Shown one piece after another: positions 19,120 through 29,371 of a stretch of 44,034 nucleotides of DNA; within the stretch, counting starts at the first letter, position 1; each line of letters starts with the position of its first letter. The notes under the pieces were generated by a model. That model made no database searches. It was not told where the DNA came from and saw nothing but the letters and a program-made list of their open reading frames with translations. Source of the stretch: Chitinophaga pinensis (GTDB lineage: Bacteria > Bacteroidota > Bacteroidia > Chitinophagales > Chitinophagaceae); assembly GCA_945870835.1 (NCBI GenBank), contig CAMBTV010000001.1, positions 1-44,034 on the forward strand. The letters are read 5' to 3'. Both the position numbers and the translations under genes were made by a program.

Positions 19120-19536
19120 ATGAATAGCAATATTTCAAATATATCCGATAATGATACTTTAACAACAGCTGCCCCTTCAATGGGATCTGTAGCGCTGGAT
19201 AATGCTATTTATATTAGTGATAAGGCTAAGGAAAAAGTGATTACTCTGATGAAAGATGCTGGTTTGGGTGAAGATTCTTCCTATTTTTTGAGAGTAGGCG
19301 TAGTAGGCGGAGGATGCAGCGGCTTAAGTTATAAGATGGACTTTGATAATGAGCAAAAACCAATGGACCAAGCCTTTGAAGACAAGGGAATAAAAATAGT
19401 CACCGACCTTAAAAGCTTTTTGTACCTAGTAAATACTGAATTGGAATTTAGCGACGGGTTGAATGGAAAAGGTTTTTATTTCAACAATCCCAATGCAAGT
19501 AGAAGCTGCGGTTGCGGCGAAAGCTTTGCTGTTTAA
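19120..19536 (+). CDS. iscA: A-type Fe-S carrier protein (IscA/HesB family)
   Basis: GGGCSGLSY and NPNASRSCGCGESF; start could be the internal Met21. Confidence 0.92.
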   Translation: MNSNISNISDNDTLTTAAPSMGSVALDNAIYISDKAKEKVITLMKDAGLGEDSSYFLRVGVVGGGCSGLSYKMDFDNEQKPMDQAFEDKGIKIVTDLKSFLYLVNTELEFSDGLNGKGFYFNNPNASRSCGCGESFAV

Positions 19537-19583
19537 ATTAAGGTCTAATTTTGCCCGAATAATTTAAAAAAAGTTACAATATT

Positions 19584-19615
19584 CCCGGTTGCCGTTGGTA
19601 ACTGGGCTTTTTTTT
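19584..19615 (+). terminator. Intrinsic terminator of the isc operon
   Basis: CCCGGTTGCC-GTT-GGTAACTGGG (10 bp including two G-U) followed by C and T8. Confidence 0.85.
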
Positions 19616-19710
19616 GTCTTTTGAAAAATTATTTTTCGAACCGAGTTTAATGGACTTTATTTCTTCTATGGGAGAATTTAAAATTTCATTGCTATTAATT
19701 TAGTAGTTAA

Positions 19711-19738
19711 ATAAAAATCCCGCCTTTAGGGCGGGATT
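19711..19738 (-). terminator. Orphan minus-strand intrinsic terminator
   Basis: AATCCCGCC 19716-19724 / GGCGGGATT 19730-19738; T-tract follows only on the minus strand. Confidence 0.75.
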
Positions 19739-19989
19739 CAGCAGTTGGTTTTGGTAAACAACCGATGTTTGTTAGGTATTTGAAATAGGAAGGTTGAATA
19801 GTTTAAAATATCCTTATCTACCTGTTCAATTTTTACATGGAAAAATCTAAAAAAACTTATTACATAACAAAAGACAAGAACTTTATTTAAAACGCTGCAT
19901 TCGATTAAAAATTATCTGATTAATTAATTAATAATAGTTTTATATTGCTAATAATTACCATATAACTTGTTTAAAATCAGCCATTTAGA
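19712..19989 (-). ncRNA. Candidate small non-coding RNA (5' end uncertain)
   Basis: Bounded by a minus-strand TAATTTTG box (19994-20001) and the orphan terminator; no ATG-started ORF longer than 13 codons. Confidence 0.35.
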
Positions 19990-20043
19990 TAAACAAAATT
20001 ATTGTAGTCTGTAAGCAGTAAATTGCATCTAATATTATTATTC

Positions 20044-20766
20044 ATGTGGAGTATTTGTAAAAAGGAATTGCATCAATTTTTTAGTAACCTTACTGGATAC
20101 GTTGCAATTATTTTGTTTTTGCTTGTTAATGGGTTTTATTTGTTTGTGCTAAATGAGAGTAATCTTTTTGATTTTGGATATGCAACGATGGATACTTTTT
20201 TTGAACTATCGCCATGGGTACTAATATTTTTGGTACCTGCAATTACGATGCGTTCTTTTTCAGACGAGTTTAGGTCTGGAACATTTGAAATTTTGCAAAC
20301 TAAACCGCTTAGCAAATTTCAAATTGTTGCGGGTAAGTATATTGCTATTTTGGCTGTGCTTATTTTTGTAATTCTCCCCACTTTTATTTACGTATTAACC
20401 ATTAAAAATTTAAGTTCTGATGGAGGAATCGATGGAGGAGGTATAGCTGGAAGTTATGTAGGTCTTTTTTTATTGGCTTCGGTGTTTGCGGCTGTAAGCT
20501 TGTGTGGGAGCAGTTTTACTAACAATGCAGTAGTAGCATTTTTAATCAGCGCTTTTGCTTGTTTACTTTTATATTTTGGTTTCAATGCAATTAGTAAGTT
20601 GCCTGTTTTTCAAGCAAAAATGGATTATTATATAGAAATGTGGGGGATTGATTTTCATTATAAAAGTGTAAGCCGTGGGTTATTGGATACAAGAGATATT
20701 ATTTATTTCGGCAGTTTAGTGACGCTTTTTCTTTTAATCACTATTAAAAATTTGCTTAAACGATAA
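20044..20766 (+). CDS. gldF: Gliding-motility ABC transporter permease GldF
   Basis: KKELHQFF, PAITMRSFSDEFRSGTFEILQTKP, SRGLLDTRD; ATG 20044 preferred; adjacent to gldG. Confidence 0.9.
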   Translation: MWSICKKELHQFFSNLTGYVAIILFLLVNGFYLFVLNESNLFDFGYATMDTFFELSPWVLIFLVPAITMRSFSDEFRSGTFEILQTKPLSKFQIVAGKYIAILAVLIFVILPTFIYVLTIKNLSSDGGIDGGGIAGSYVGLFLLASVFAAVSLCGSSFTNNAVVAFLISAFACLLLYFGFNAISKLPVFQAKMDYYIEMWGIDFHYKSVSRGLLDTRDIIYFGSLVTLFLLITIKNLLKR

Positions 20767-20778
20767 GTGAAATTATCA

Positions 20779-22515
20779 ATGAAATTATTTTCATATAAAA
20801 TATTAAATAGTAAAGCTTGGTTGCCTCTTTGTGTCGTATTGCTTATTGCGATTAATTGGGCGGCATCTTTTTTTCATGCTAGCATTGATTTTACCAATGA
20901 AAAGAGATTTACTTTATCTACCACTACACAAAATATTCTTAGCAATTTGGATAGTACGGTAGATATTACAGTATTACTTTCGGGAGATATAAAATCAGAA
21001 TTTAAGAAACTCTCCAATAGTACTAGAGAGCTGTTAGAAAATTTCAAAAATTACGGGGGTAATAATATTCAGTACACTTTTGAAATTCCTGGTGATGGTT
21101 TGGATGACACTGCTAAATCAAAAGTATATGAATCATTGATCGGAATGGGCTTGAGGCCTACCAATCAACAGGTACAAGTAAAGGAAGGAGAAGGAGTAAA
21201 TAATCGACAAATATTTCCTGCTGCTATTGTTCGATATAAAGGAAAGACTATTGCTATAGATCTTCTTCAGGGCCAAATTCAAAAGAGTGTTTTTAATTCT
21301 AAGGACCTGTTGGATAAACAATCCTTGAATAGTGCAGAAGCTTTATTGGAATATAAATTTTCTCACGCAATTCAACAGTTAACACAATCTCAAACTCCCT
21401 TGGTTGGGTATGTATATGGTAATGGTGAACCGGAATATGGATTTCTACCGGTCAATGATGTTTTTGAAACATTGGGTAGAAATTTTATTGTAGATACGGT
21501 TAACATAAAATCACAGCCATTTATTTCTAATGAATACAACGCGCTAGTTATTGTAAAGCCATTAGAAAAATTTTCCGATCAAGATAAATTTAAGCTAGAC
21601 CAGTATGTAATGAACGGAGGAAATCTACTTTTCTTAATAGATGTTTTATATGCAGAGAGAGACAGTCTGCAAAATGGTGATTTAATAGCATATGCTAGAG
21701 ACCTAAATTTAAATGATTTATTATTTCGTTATGGAGTAAGAGTAAATACTGATTTAATAGCAGATAAACATTGTGATTTGATACCGGTGGAAGTGGGAAA
21801 TGTAGGTGGCCAAAGTCAGCAGCAGCTTTTGCCATGGCCCTATGCTCCTTTATTACAACCAGGATCAACACATGGTATTGTAAAAAATCAAGCAGATGTG
21901 TTGGGGCAGTTTGTAAATTCTATTGATACAGTGGAAGCAGTTGGTATTTCCAAAACAATCCTATTAACTTCCTCCGAAAATGCCTATACAATGGCAACTC
22001 CAGCAAGGATTGAATTAAATAGTTTACAAACTCAAGAGTCAATCAATAAATACAATCGTAAAAACATTCCTGTAGCGGTTTTATTGGAAGGTAAATTTAC
22101 TTCTCTATATGCCAATAGAGTAAGTCAAGCTCAGCTAGATAGTTTGCATCAGTATAAATCAGAATTTAAAAGGGCATGTGTAAACCCTGGTAAAGTAATC
22201 GTAGTAAGTGATGCTGATATTGCAATGAATCAGGTTTCTGAAAAAATAGGACCTCTTCCGATGGGAACTAATAAGTATACCAAGGTAGGGTATGCAAATA
22301 AGGATTTCTTTTTGACTTGTACTGAGTACCTTGCTAATAATGACAATGTGCTTGAGGCTAAAGCAAAAGATTATACACTTCGGTTATTGGATGTAAAAAA
22401 AGTGGAAGAAGAAAGAATTAATTGGCAGCTGATTAATTTATTAGTTCCCGTAATGTTGATTTGTCTGTTTGCATTAGTTTATCAATGGAGAAGAAAAAGA
22501 AAATATACAATTTAA
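20779..22515 (+). CDS. gldG: Gliding-motility ABC transporter auxiliary component GldG
   Basis: DFTNEKRFTLS, LEYKF, LDQYVMNGG, VAVLLEGKF, C-terminal TM helix WQLINL..RRKRKY; start GTG 20767 or ATG 20779. Confidence 0.92.
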   Translation: MKLFSYKILNSKAWLPLCVVLLIAINWAASFFHASIDFTNEKRFTLSTTTQNILSNLDSTVDITVLLSGDIKSEFKKLSNSTRELLENFKNYGGNNIQYTFEIPGDGLDDTAKSKVYESLIGMGLRPTNQQVQVKEGEGVNNRQIFPAAIVRYKGKTIAIDLLQGQIQKSVFNSKDLLDKQSLNSAEALLEYKFSHAIQQLTQSQTPLVGYVYGNGEPEYGFLPVNDVFETLGRNFIVDTVNIKSQPFISNEYNALVIVKPLEKFSDQDKFKLDQYVMNGGNLLFLIDVLYAERDSLQNGDLIAYARDLNLNDLLFRYGVRVNTDLIADKHCDLIPVEVGNVGGQSQQQLLPWPYAPLLQPGSTHGIVKNQADVLGQFVNSIDTVEAVGISKTILLTSSENAYTMATPARIELNSLQTQESINKYNRKNIPVAVLLEGKFTSLYANRVSQAQLDSLHQYKSEFKRACVNPGKVIVVSDADIAMNQVSEKIGPLPMGTNKYTKVGYANKDFFLTCTEYLANNDNVLEAKAKDYTLRLLDVKKVEEERINWQLINLLVPVMLICLFALVYQWRRKRKYTI

Positions 22516-22570
22516 ATAATTAGTGCACCATTGATAAAACGAATAACCATATAGTAAATTTAAAAAAATT

Positions 22571-23518
22571 ATGAACAATAGCTTGTTGATTTATCTTGTA
22601 TTTGCTGGGGTGGTTATATTAGCCCTAGTTTTTGATTTAGGATTGCTTAGTAAAAAAAATACAGTTGTAACGCTTAAAAAAGCAATTGTTCAAACAATAT
22701 TTTGGGTGACATTGGCCTTTGCATTTAGTGCTTTTATCTGGTATAAAAATGGATCTAACGATGCCTTACAATATTTGTCTGCTTATCTTTTAGAGTGGTC
22801 ACTTTCAGTTGATAATATCTTTGTTTTTATTATTATTTTTTCATTTTTTGGAGTACAAAAGCAAGATTATTCTCGTGTGTTATTGTTGGGTATTTTGATG
22901 GCGGTAGTTTTTAGAATTCTTTTTATCGCTTTGGGAAGTAGCTTGGTAGCTCGATTTGATTGGATCATGTATATTTTTGGAATATTTTTGGTATACACGG
23001 GAAGTAAAATGTTTTCTGCTAGCGATGAAGCAGAGTTTAAGCCAGAGGATAGCTTTGCTTTTAAATTGATGAAAAAATTTATGCCCACTACCAATGCGGA
23101 ACCGAATGGTAAATTTATTATAAAAAAAGACAACAAAATCCTTTTTACCAAACTTTCGATGGTGGTGGTGATGTTAGGTCTTATTGATATTGTTTTTGCA
23201 GTAGATTCTATACCGGCTGTTTTTTCCATCATTCCTGATCCCAACAAAAAGTTGTTGATTTATTCTTCAAATATTTTTGCAGTTTTGGGTTTAAGGAGTC
23301 TGTTCTTCTTATTGAGAGGTGCAGCAAGTAGATTTGATTATTTGCAACAGGGTATTGCCATTGTGTTGGTATTTATTGGAATAAAGATGCTGGTTGTTAA
23401 ATGGATACATTTGCCAGTTTGGGTATCATTGTTAATGATTGTAATTTGTATTTCTGGTTCAATATTTTATTCTATTTATAATAATCGAAAAGGAGTACCA
23501 GCAGATGTTAAAGATTAG
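22571..23518 (+). CDS. TerC/Alx family membrane protein (metal homeostasis)
   Basis: LEWSLSVDNIFVF, DIVFAVDSIPAV, SNIFAVLGLRSLFF. Confidence 0.93.
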   Translation: MNNSLLIYLVFAGVVILALVFDLGLLSKKNTVVTLKKAIVQTIFWVTLAFAFSAFIWYKNGSNDALQYLSAYLLEWSLSVDNIFVFIIIFSFFGVQKQDYSRVLLLGILMAVVFRILFIALGSSLVARFDWIMYIFGIFLVYTGSKMFSASDEAEFKPEDSFAFKLMKKFMPTTNAEPNGKFIIKKDNKILFTKLSMVVVMLGLIDIVFAVDSIPAVFSIIPDPNKKLLIYSSNIFAVLGLRSLFFLLRGAASRFDYLQQGIAIVLVFIGIKMLVVKWIHLPVWVSLLMIVICISGSIFYSIYNNRKGVPADVKD

Positions 23519-23612
23519 GCAGATTATATCTATTGCCTGAATTCGCAATAGAATCAATTAATTAGCGGGTGTTACAAAAACATTGTTTAAATTAAATTAT
23601 AAAATCAATCCA

Positions 23613-26132
23613 TTGGTTTATAAAATTGAAAAGATAGCAGAAATTATAACTGCCAATTTTTTGCTTAATGAAAAACAGGACCATTTTATTGAGCACCTGC
23701 TGCTTGATAGTCGTAAGCTATTGTTTCCTGAGAGTTCACTTTTTTTTGCACTGGGTGGTCCAAGAAGAAATGGAATCTCATTTGTTAATGAATTGTATAA
23801 TAAAGGAGTAAGAAATTTTGTGATTGCAGACTCTAAAATAGGTGAAGAATTTAAATCTTATCCTGGATCGAATTTTTTATTGGTTGAAGATGTCCTCTCT
23901 GCACTTCATTCATTGGTAGCCTTCCATCGACAACAATTTAATATTCCTATCATTGGCATTACGGGCAGTAATGGAAAAACGATTGTTAAAGAATGGTTGT
24001 ATGAGTTGTTGCATACTGATTATCAAATTGTAAGAAGTCCTAAAAGTTACAATTCACAGGTTGGCGTTCCGCTGAGTGTATGGCAGATCAATGAAACCCA
24101 TACTTTAGCAATTTTTGAAGCAGGCATATCTCTTCCAGAGGAGATGGAAAGACTTGAAAAAATTATTCAACCATCCATTGGCATCCTAACTAATATTGGC
24201 GAGGCACATTCAGAAGGCTTTTTGACTCAGCAACAAAAAATAGATGAAAAAATTAAGTTGTTTTCAAAAAGTGATGTATTGATTTATGGAGCTGATAATC
24301 TTGATATAAAATTAAGCGTAAATCAATTGATTGAAAATCAAGAAGCTGCTAGAAAGACTCAACTTTTCTCTTGGAGTAATCACCAGAAGGGCCTATTAGA
24401 AGTGTTTGCAATAAAGAAAACTAAAAATCAATCTATTATTTCAGCATACGATCATCGGAAGGATAGCGCTGATTCCACTGAGCAAATAACTATTACTATT
24501 CCATTTACCGATGACGCTTCCATTCAAAATGCGGTTATTTGTTGGTCTGTATTGTTGTATTTAGAAATTCCTACATCGGTTATTGAAAAGCGAATGTTGC
24601 AGCTAAATTCAGTTGAAATGAGACTTGAATTGAAGCAAGGAATTAATAACTGCTCCGTAATTAATGACAGTTATAGTGCTGATATCAATTCTTTGACTAT
24701 TGCATTAGACTTTTTGCTTCAGCAACAACAGCATCCTAGTCGTACATTAATTTTGAGTGACATTTTGGAGTCAGGTAAAAGTAGTGTTGAGTTGTATGGT
24801 ACTGTGGCAGCTATTTTACAGCAGAAAAGTATTCAACGTTTTATAGGAATAGGACCTGAAATATTCAAGCTGCAGCATTTGTTTAAAAATATTCCACAAT
24901 GTTTTTTCTTTTCTTCCATCTCTGATTGTTTACAACAATTTTATTCCATTCATTTTCACAATGAGACAATTTTATTAAAAGGGGCTAGGGTATTTGAATT
25001 TGAACAAATAAGTCATTTACTCGAAGAGAAACTGCATCAAACTGTTTTGGAAATTAATCTAAACGCTGTTACACATAATTTAAAAGCCTATCAACAATTA
25101 TTGAAACCTGGCGTAAAAATGATGGCGATGGTAAAAGCTTTTAGTTATGGAAGCGGCGGTTTTGAGATTGCGAATTTATTACAGCTTAATCAGATAGATT
25201 ATTTGGCGGTTGCCTATGTAGATGAAGGAGTTGAACTGCGTCGAGCAGGAATTAATTTACCAATACTAGTTTTGAATCCTGAGGAAGTAACTTTTGATAT
25301 ATTGGTAAAGTATCAACTAGAACCCGAGATATATTCCTTTGGTATTTTAAATAGATTTCAAAATTATTTGGAAAGATCTGCTATTAATAGTTATCCTGTG
25401 CACATCAAATTGGATACCGGCATGCATCGGTTGGGTTTTAAAACAAAAGATTTATTAGCGTTAGAGAAAGCGTTAAAAAATTCCAGTAGTTTCAAAATTC
25501 AATCTGTATTTTCTCATCTTGCTGCTAGCGATTCGCAGGAGCATGATGAATTTACTAAGTTACAGGCAGAAGAATTTTTAAATGCCTGTTCTATTTTACA
25601 AAAAGCACTTGGCTATTCTTTTCTTCGCCATATTGCTAATACTTCTTCCATACATCGACATCCTAATTTGCAGTTGGATATGGTTCGATTAGGAATCGGT
25701 CTTTATGGTATTGACAATAATTCAGAGATGCAGACCAAACTTAAAAATGTAAGCACTTTAAAAACAACGATCTCGCAAATAAAAAAAGTAGCGGCTGGAG
25801 AAAGTGTTGGTTACAACAGAATGGGAAGTGTGAGCGAGGATAGCTTGGTTGCGACTGTCCGTATAGGGTATGCAGATGGTTATCCGCGAGTTTTAAGTAA
25901 TGGAGTTGGTAGCATGTGGGTAAAAGGAAATTTAGTTCCAGTTATTGGTAATATTTGTATGGATATGACGATGTTGAATATAACGGGCACAAATATTAAA
26001 GAGGGTGATGAGGTGATTGTATTTGGAGAAAATTTATCGGTAACCGATTTGGCTAAAAAGGCCCAAACAATACCTTATGAAATTTTAACGGGTGTTTCTC
26101 AAAGGGTTAAGCGAATATATTTTGAAGAGTAG
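23613..26132 (+). CDS. alr: Bifunctional MurF-like ligase / alanine racemase fusion
   Basis: Mur ligase motifs DSR, GITGSNGKT, NDSY, LLKGAR; racemase motifs MVKAFSYG, KLDTGMHRLG, GYADG, CMDM; TTG start at 23583 or 23613. Confidence 0.93.
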   Translation: MVYKIEKIAEIITANFLLNEKQDHFIEHLLLDSRKLLFPESSLFFALGGPRRNGISFVNELYNKGVRNFVIADSKIGEEFKSYPGSNFLLVEDVLSALHSLVAFHRQQFNIPIIGITGSNGKTIVKEWLYELLHTDYQIVRSPKSYNSQVGVPLSVWQINETHTLAIFEAGISLPEEMERLEKIIQPSIGILTNIGEAHSEGFLTQQQKIDEKIKLFSKSDVLIYGADNLDIKLSVNQLIENQEAARKTQLFSWSNHQKGLLEVFAIKKTKNQSIISAYDHRKDSADSTEQITITIPFTDDASIQNAVICWSVLLYLEIPTSVIEKRMLQLNSVEMRLELKQGINNCSVINDSYSADINSLTIALDFLLQQQQHPSRTLILSDILESGKSSVELYGTVAAILQQKSIQRFIGIGPEIFKLQHLFKNIPQCFFFSSISDCLQQFYSIHFHNETILLKGARVFEFEQISHLLEEKLHQTVLEINLNAVTHNLKAYQQLLKPGVKMMAMVKAFSYGSGGFEIANLLQLNQIDYLAVAYVDEGVELRRAGINLPILVLNPEEVTFDILVKYQLEPEIYSFGILNRFQNYLERSAINSYPVHIKLDTGMHRLGFKTKDLLALEKALKNSSSFKIQSVFSHLAASDSQEHDEFTKLQAEEFLNACSILQKALGYSFLRHIANTSSIHRHPNLQLDMVRLGIGLYGIDNNSEMQTKLKNVSTLKTTISQIKKVAAGESVGYNRMGSVSEDSLVATVRIGYADGYPRVLSNGVGSMWVKGNLVPVIGNICMDMTMLNITGTNIKEGDEVIVFGENLSVTDLAKKAQTIPYEILTGVSQRVKRIYFEE

Positions 26133-26171
26133 CTCCTTATTTTCAAGCGTAACCCGAAACAATTTATATAT

Positions 26172-26179
26172 TATCTTTG
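26172..26179 (+). promoter_or_regulatory. -7 box TATCTTTG 6 nt upstream of the lspA ATG
   Basis: Exact TAnnTTTG consensus. Confidence 0.6.
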
Positions 26180-26185
26180 CAAATT

Positions 26186-26866
26186 ATGATTAAAGCCAAA
26201 CACGTAACGCTGATTATTTTATTGGTTGTAATAGCCGACCAGGCGCTTAAATTTTATATTAAAACCAACTATTACATGAACGAAAATCACAACGTTTTGG
26301 GTAATTGGTTTCGTTTGTATTTTGTAGAAAATGAAGGTATGGCCTATGGATGGAAATTTGGGGGAGGTGCTGGAAAAATGATACTTACATTATTTAGATT
26401 GGGTGCAGTCATTTTTGGGGTATGGTATTTAGGTAGCATTATTAAAAAACAATACCATAAAGGTTTTATTATTTGTGCTTCATTAATTTTTGCTGGGGCG
26501 TTGGGAAATTTAATAGACAGTTTGTTTTACGGACTTATTTTTGAAGAGAGTGCCCAAGGAAGTTATATAGTTGCAAAAGCTTTTCCTAACCATGGTTATG
26601 CAGGATTTCTTCATGGAAAAGTAGTAGATATGCTTTACTTCCCAATTATTAGTAATGTATATTTTCCCACTTGGTTCCCGATTTGGGGAGGTGAAGAATT
26701 CGAATTCTTTCGGCCTATTTTTAATCTTGCAGATGCTGCTATTTCTTCAGGTGTTATTACTATTTTGGTTTTCCAAAAGAAATTTTTTAGCCATCCTGAT
26801 CAAACAGAAAATCATCAAACACAAGAAACGGACGCCTTGGTCAATGATGATGTACAAGTTCAATAG
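26186..26866 (+). CDS. lspA: Lipoprotein signal peptidase II
   Basis: DQALK, NEGMAYG, GALGNLID, VVDM, FNLAD; ATG 26186 preferred. Confidence 0.95.
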   Translation: MIKAKHVTLIILLVVIADQALKFYIKTNYYMNENHNVLGNWFRLYFVENEGMAYGWKFGGGAGKMILTLFRLGAVIFGVWYLGSIIKKQYHKGFIICASLIFAGALGNLIDSLFYGLIFEESAQGSYIVAKAFPNHGYAGFLHGKVVDMLYFPIISNVYFPTWFPIWGGEEFEFFRPIFNLADAAISSGVITILVFQKKFFSHPDQTENHQTQETDALVNDDVQVQ

Positions 26867-26891
26867 TCTTGATTCCTTAAGATATTGTTCA

Positions 26892-28289
26892 TTAAATTTT
26901 TCCTACCATGTTGGCAGGTATTACCCATGCATCAAATTCTTCCGGAGTTACATAACCTAGTTTTACAGCCATCTCTTTTAAAGTAGTACCTTCTTTATGT
27001 GCTTTTTGAGCAATTTCAGCAGCTTTATAATAGCCAATTTTAGTGTTCAGCGAGGTGACTAACATCAAACTATTGTCTACATGCTTTTTAATGTTTTCTT
27101 CGATCGGAGCTAAACCAATTGCACATTTATCATTGAAGGATACACAGCCATCTCCAATTAGACGAGCACTGTGTAGAAAATTATAGATCATTACAGGTTT
27201 AAAAACATTCAGTTCAAAATGTCCCATACTTCCACCAATACCAATGGTAACATCATTACCCATCACCTGAGCTGCAATCATTGTTAAGGCTTCGCATTGT
27301 GTGGGATTTACTTTTCCAGGCATAATCGAAGATCCAGGTTCGTTATCAGGAATAAATAGCTCACCTATTCCAGATCGTGGACCAGAAGAAAGCATACGGA
27401 TATCGTTGGCAATTTTCATTAGACTAACGGCTACTGTTTTAAGGGCTCCATGTGCTTCTACAATGGCGTCATGTGCAGCTAGTGCTTCAAATTTATTTTC
27501 TGCTGTAATAAAAGGAAGGCCGGTTAAAGTAGCAATATGTTTCGCTACATTTTCTGAATATCCTTCTGGAGTATTAATACCTGTTCCTACCGCTGTTCCT
27601 CCTAGTGCTAATTCGCTAAGATGTGCTAAGGTATTTCGAATAGCTTTTAATCCGTGATTGAGTTGCGATACATAGCCGCTGAATTCCTGCCCAACCGTTA
27701 ATGGGGTGGCATCCATGAAATGGGTTCGACCAATTTTTACAACATTCATATAAGCCTTTGATTTGGCAGCAAGCGTATCCCTTAATTTTTCAATGCCTGG
27801 GATAGTGGTTTCAATCAATATTTTGTAAGCAGCGATGTGCATGGCTGTCGGAAAAGTATCGTTGCTAGATTGCGATTTATTGACATCGTCATTAGGGTGT
27901 AAAATTTTTTCTTTATCCCCCAATGAACCTCCGTTGATGACATGTCCTCGATAAGCCACTACTTCATTAATATTCATATTACTTTGGGTACCACTTCCTG
28001 TTTGCCATACTACCAGTGGAAACCATTGGTCTAGTTTGCTTTCAAGTATTTCATCACATACTTTTCCAATCAGGTCAGACTTTTCTTTTGACAATATGCC
28101 TGCATCAAGATTGGTTAAGGCCGCTGCTTTTTTCAAGTATGCAAATGCCTTAATAATCTCTTTGGGCATTTTATTGATGTCCTCCGCAATTTTAAAATTA
28201 TCAATACTGCGCTGGGTTTGTGCACCATAGTAAGCATCTGCAGGTACTTTTACCTCGCCCATTGTATCTTTTTCTATACGATATTCCAT
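26892..28289 (-). CDS. fumC: Class II fumarate hydratase
   Basis: [30 protein letters not shown]. Confidence 0.97.
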   Translation of the reverse strand: MEYRIEKDTMGEVKVPADAYYGAQTQRSIDNFKIAEDINKMPKEIIKAFAYLKKAAALTNLDAGILSKEKSDLIGKVCDEILESKLDQWFPLVVWQTGSGTQSNMNINEVVAYRGHVINGGSLGDKEKILHPNDDVNKSQSSNDTFPTAMHIAAYKILIETTIPGIEKLRDTLAAKSKAYMNVVKIGRTHFMDATPLTVGQEFSGYVSQLNHGLKAIRNTLAHLSELALGGTAVGTGINTPEGYSENVAKHIATLTGLPFITAENKFEALAAHDAIVEAHGALKTVAVSLMKIANDIRMLSSGPRSGIGELFIPDNEPGSSIMPGKVNPTQCEALTMIAAQVMGNDVTIGIGGSMGHFELNVFKPVMIYNFLHSARLIGDGCVSFNDKCAIGLAPIEENIKKHVDNSLMLVTSLNTKIGYYKAAEIAQKAHKEGTTLKEMAVKLGYVTPEEFDAWVIPANMVGKI

Positions 28290-28523
28290 CTTACAATATT
28301 TTAAGTTTCACAATCAGCAGTAAAGTTACTTGTTGAACCATACAATTGGACATCTTTTTGGAATATTTTATTAGTAATCATTTGTTAATGGTCTATTTTT
28401 TTTAGAGCTAATTATTTTTATTTAACTTGAACTTATATTTTACCATTAAAATCTGCTTGCATTAGGTTTTTTTCATTGAAAGAGTAAAACTATAAAAGCA
28501 TTCATTCATTAAAATATTTATTT

Positions 28524-29345
28524 ATGAAAAGGAGCGAATTTATTAAGTATGCATCATCGGTTGCTATTGTTTTGGCTGGGGGAGAAATTCTTCATGCTAA
28601 GGATCTGAATTGGAATGAATGGGAAAAAAGTAAAAAAGTCAAGCTTCGGTTTGTAGTTGCATCGGATGGCCATTATGGTCAAAAGGGGACTGAATATGAA
28701 AAATATTTCGAAACGCTTGTTACCCGTATTAATGAAGAACACAATGCTAATCCGTTTGCATTTTGCATGATTAACGGCGATATTATTCATGATGACAAGG
28801 TGCATTTTCCTGCTGCAAAAAAAGCCTTGGATAAATTAGCTCTAAAATATTATGTGAGTCAAGGGAATCATGATAAGGTTACAGCAAAGGAATGGGAAGC
28901 TATTTGGAAAATGCCAGTCAACCTAGATTTTTCAATTGGTAAAAACGCGTTTTTAATTGCAACAACTTCTAATGAAAAGGGGACTTATCTTAGTCCAGAT
29001 GTAAATTGGATGGCAGATCGGTTAGAGAGACATCAAGCCAAAAAAAATGTATTTATTTTTATTCATATCAACCCAGGAAAATTGACTAAACATGCAGTGG
29101 ATAGTCCTGAGCTATTTGAGGTTTTCGCTAAGCACAAAAATATTAAGGCTGTTTTTAATGGGCATGATCATGATGAAGAAGGTATTAAGAAAAGGAATGA
29201 TATCCCATTTATATTTGATGCACATTTTGGGGGAGACTGGGGTACTCCGTATCGTGGATTCAGAGTAGTAGAGTTGATGAGTGACAATTCAATACTCACC
29301 TACGTTATGAATCCGATTGATAAAATTAATGAGGCTAGATTTTAA
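28524..29345 (+). CDS. Calcineurin-like metallophosphoesterase, exported
   Basis: SDGH, NGD, GNHD, H, GHDH metal motifs; Tat-like N-terminus KRSEFIK. Confidence 0.88.
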   Translation: MKRSEFIKYASSVAIVLAGGEILHAKDLNWNEWEKSKKVKLRFVVASDGHYGQKGTEYEKYFETLVTRINEEHNANPFAFCMINGDIIHDDKVHFPAAKKALDKLALKYYVSQGNHDKVTAKEWEAIWKMPVNLDFSIGKNAFLIATTSNEKGTYLSPDVNWMADRLERHQAKKNVFIFIHINPGKLTKHAVDSPELFEVFAKHKNIKAVFNGHDHDEEGIKKRNDIPFIFDAHFGGDWGTPYRGFRVVELMSDNSILTYVMNPIDKINEARF

Positions 29346-29371
29346 GAAGAAAGGAATCTTGACTACACTAC

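Noticed and set aside
19738-19911. Stop-free minus-strand frame of about 57 codons ending at the orphan terminator
   Set aside because: No ATG or GTG start (TTG only near the end), so a non-coding interpretation is preferred
22516-22570. Possible yybP-ykoY manganese riboswitch upstream of the TerC/Alx gene
   Set aside because: The gap is only 55 nt, AT-rich and unstructured
23583-26132. MurF-Alr fusion as a novelty
   Set aside because: This fusion is well known in Bacteroidota
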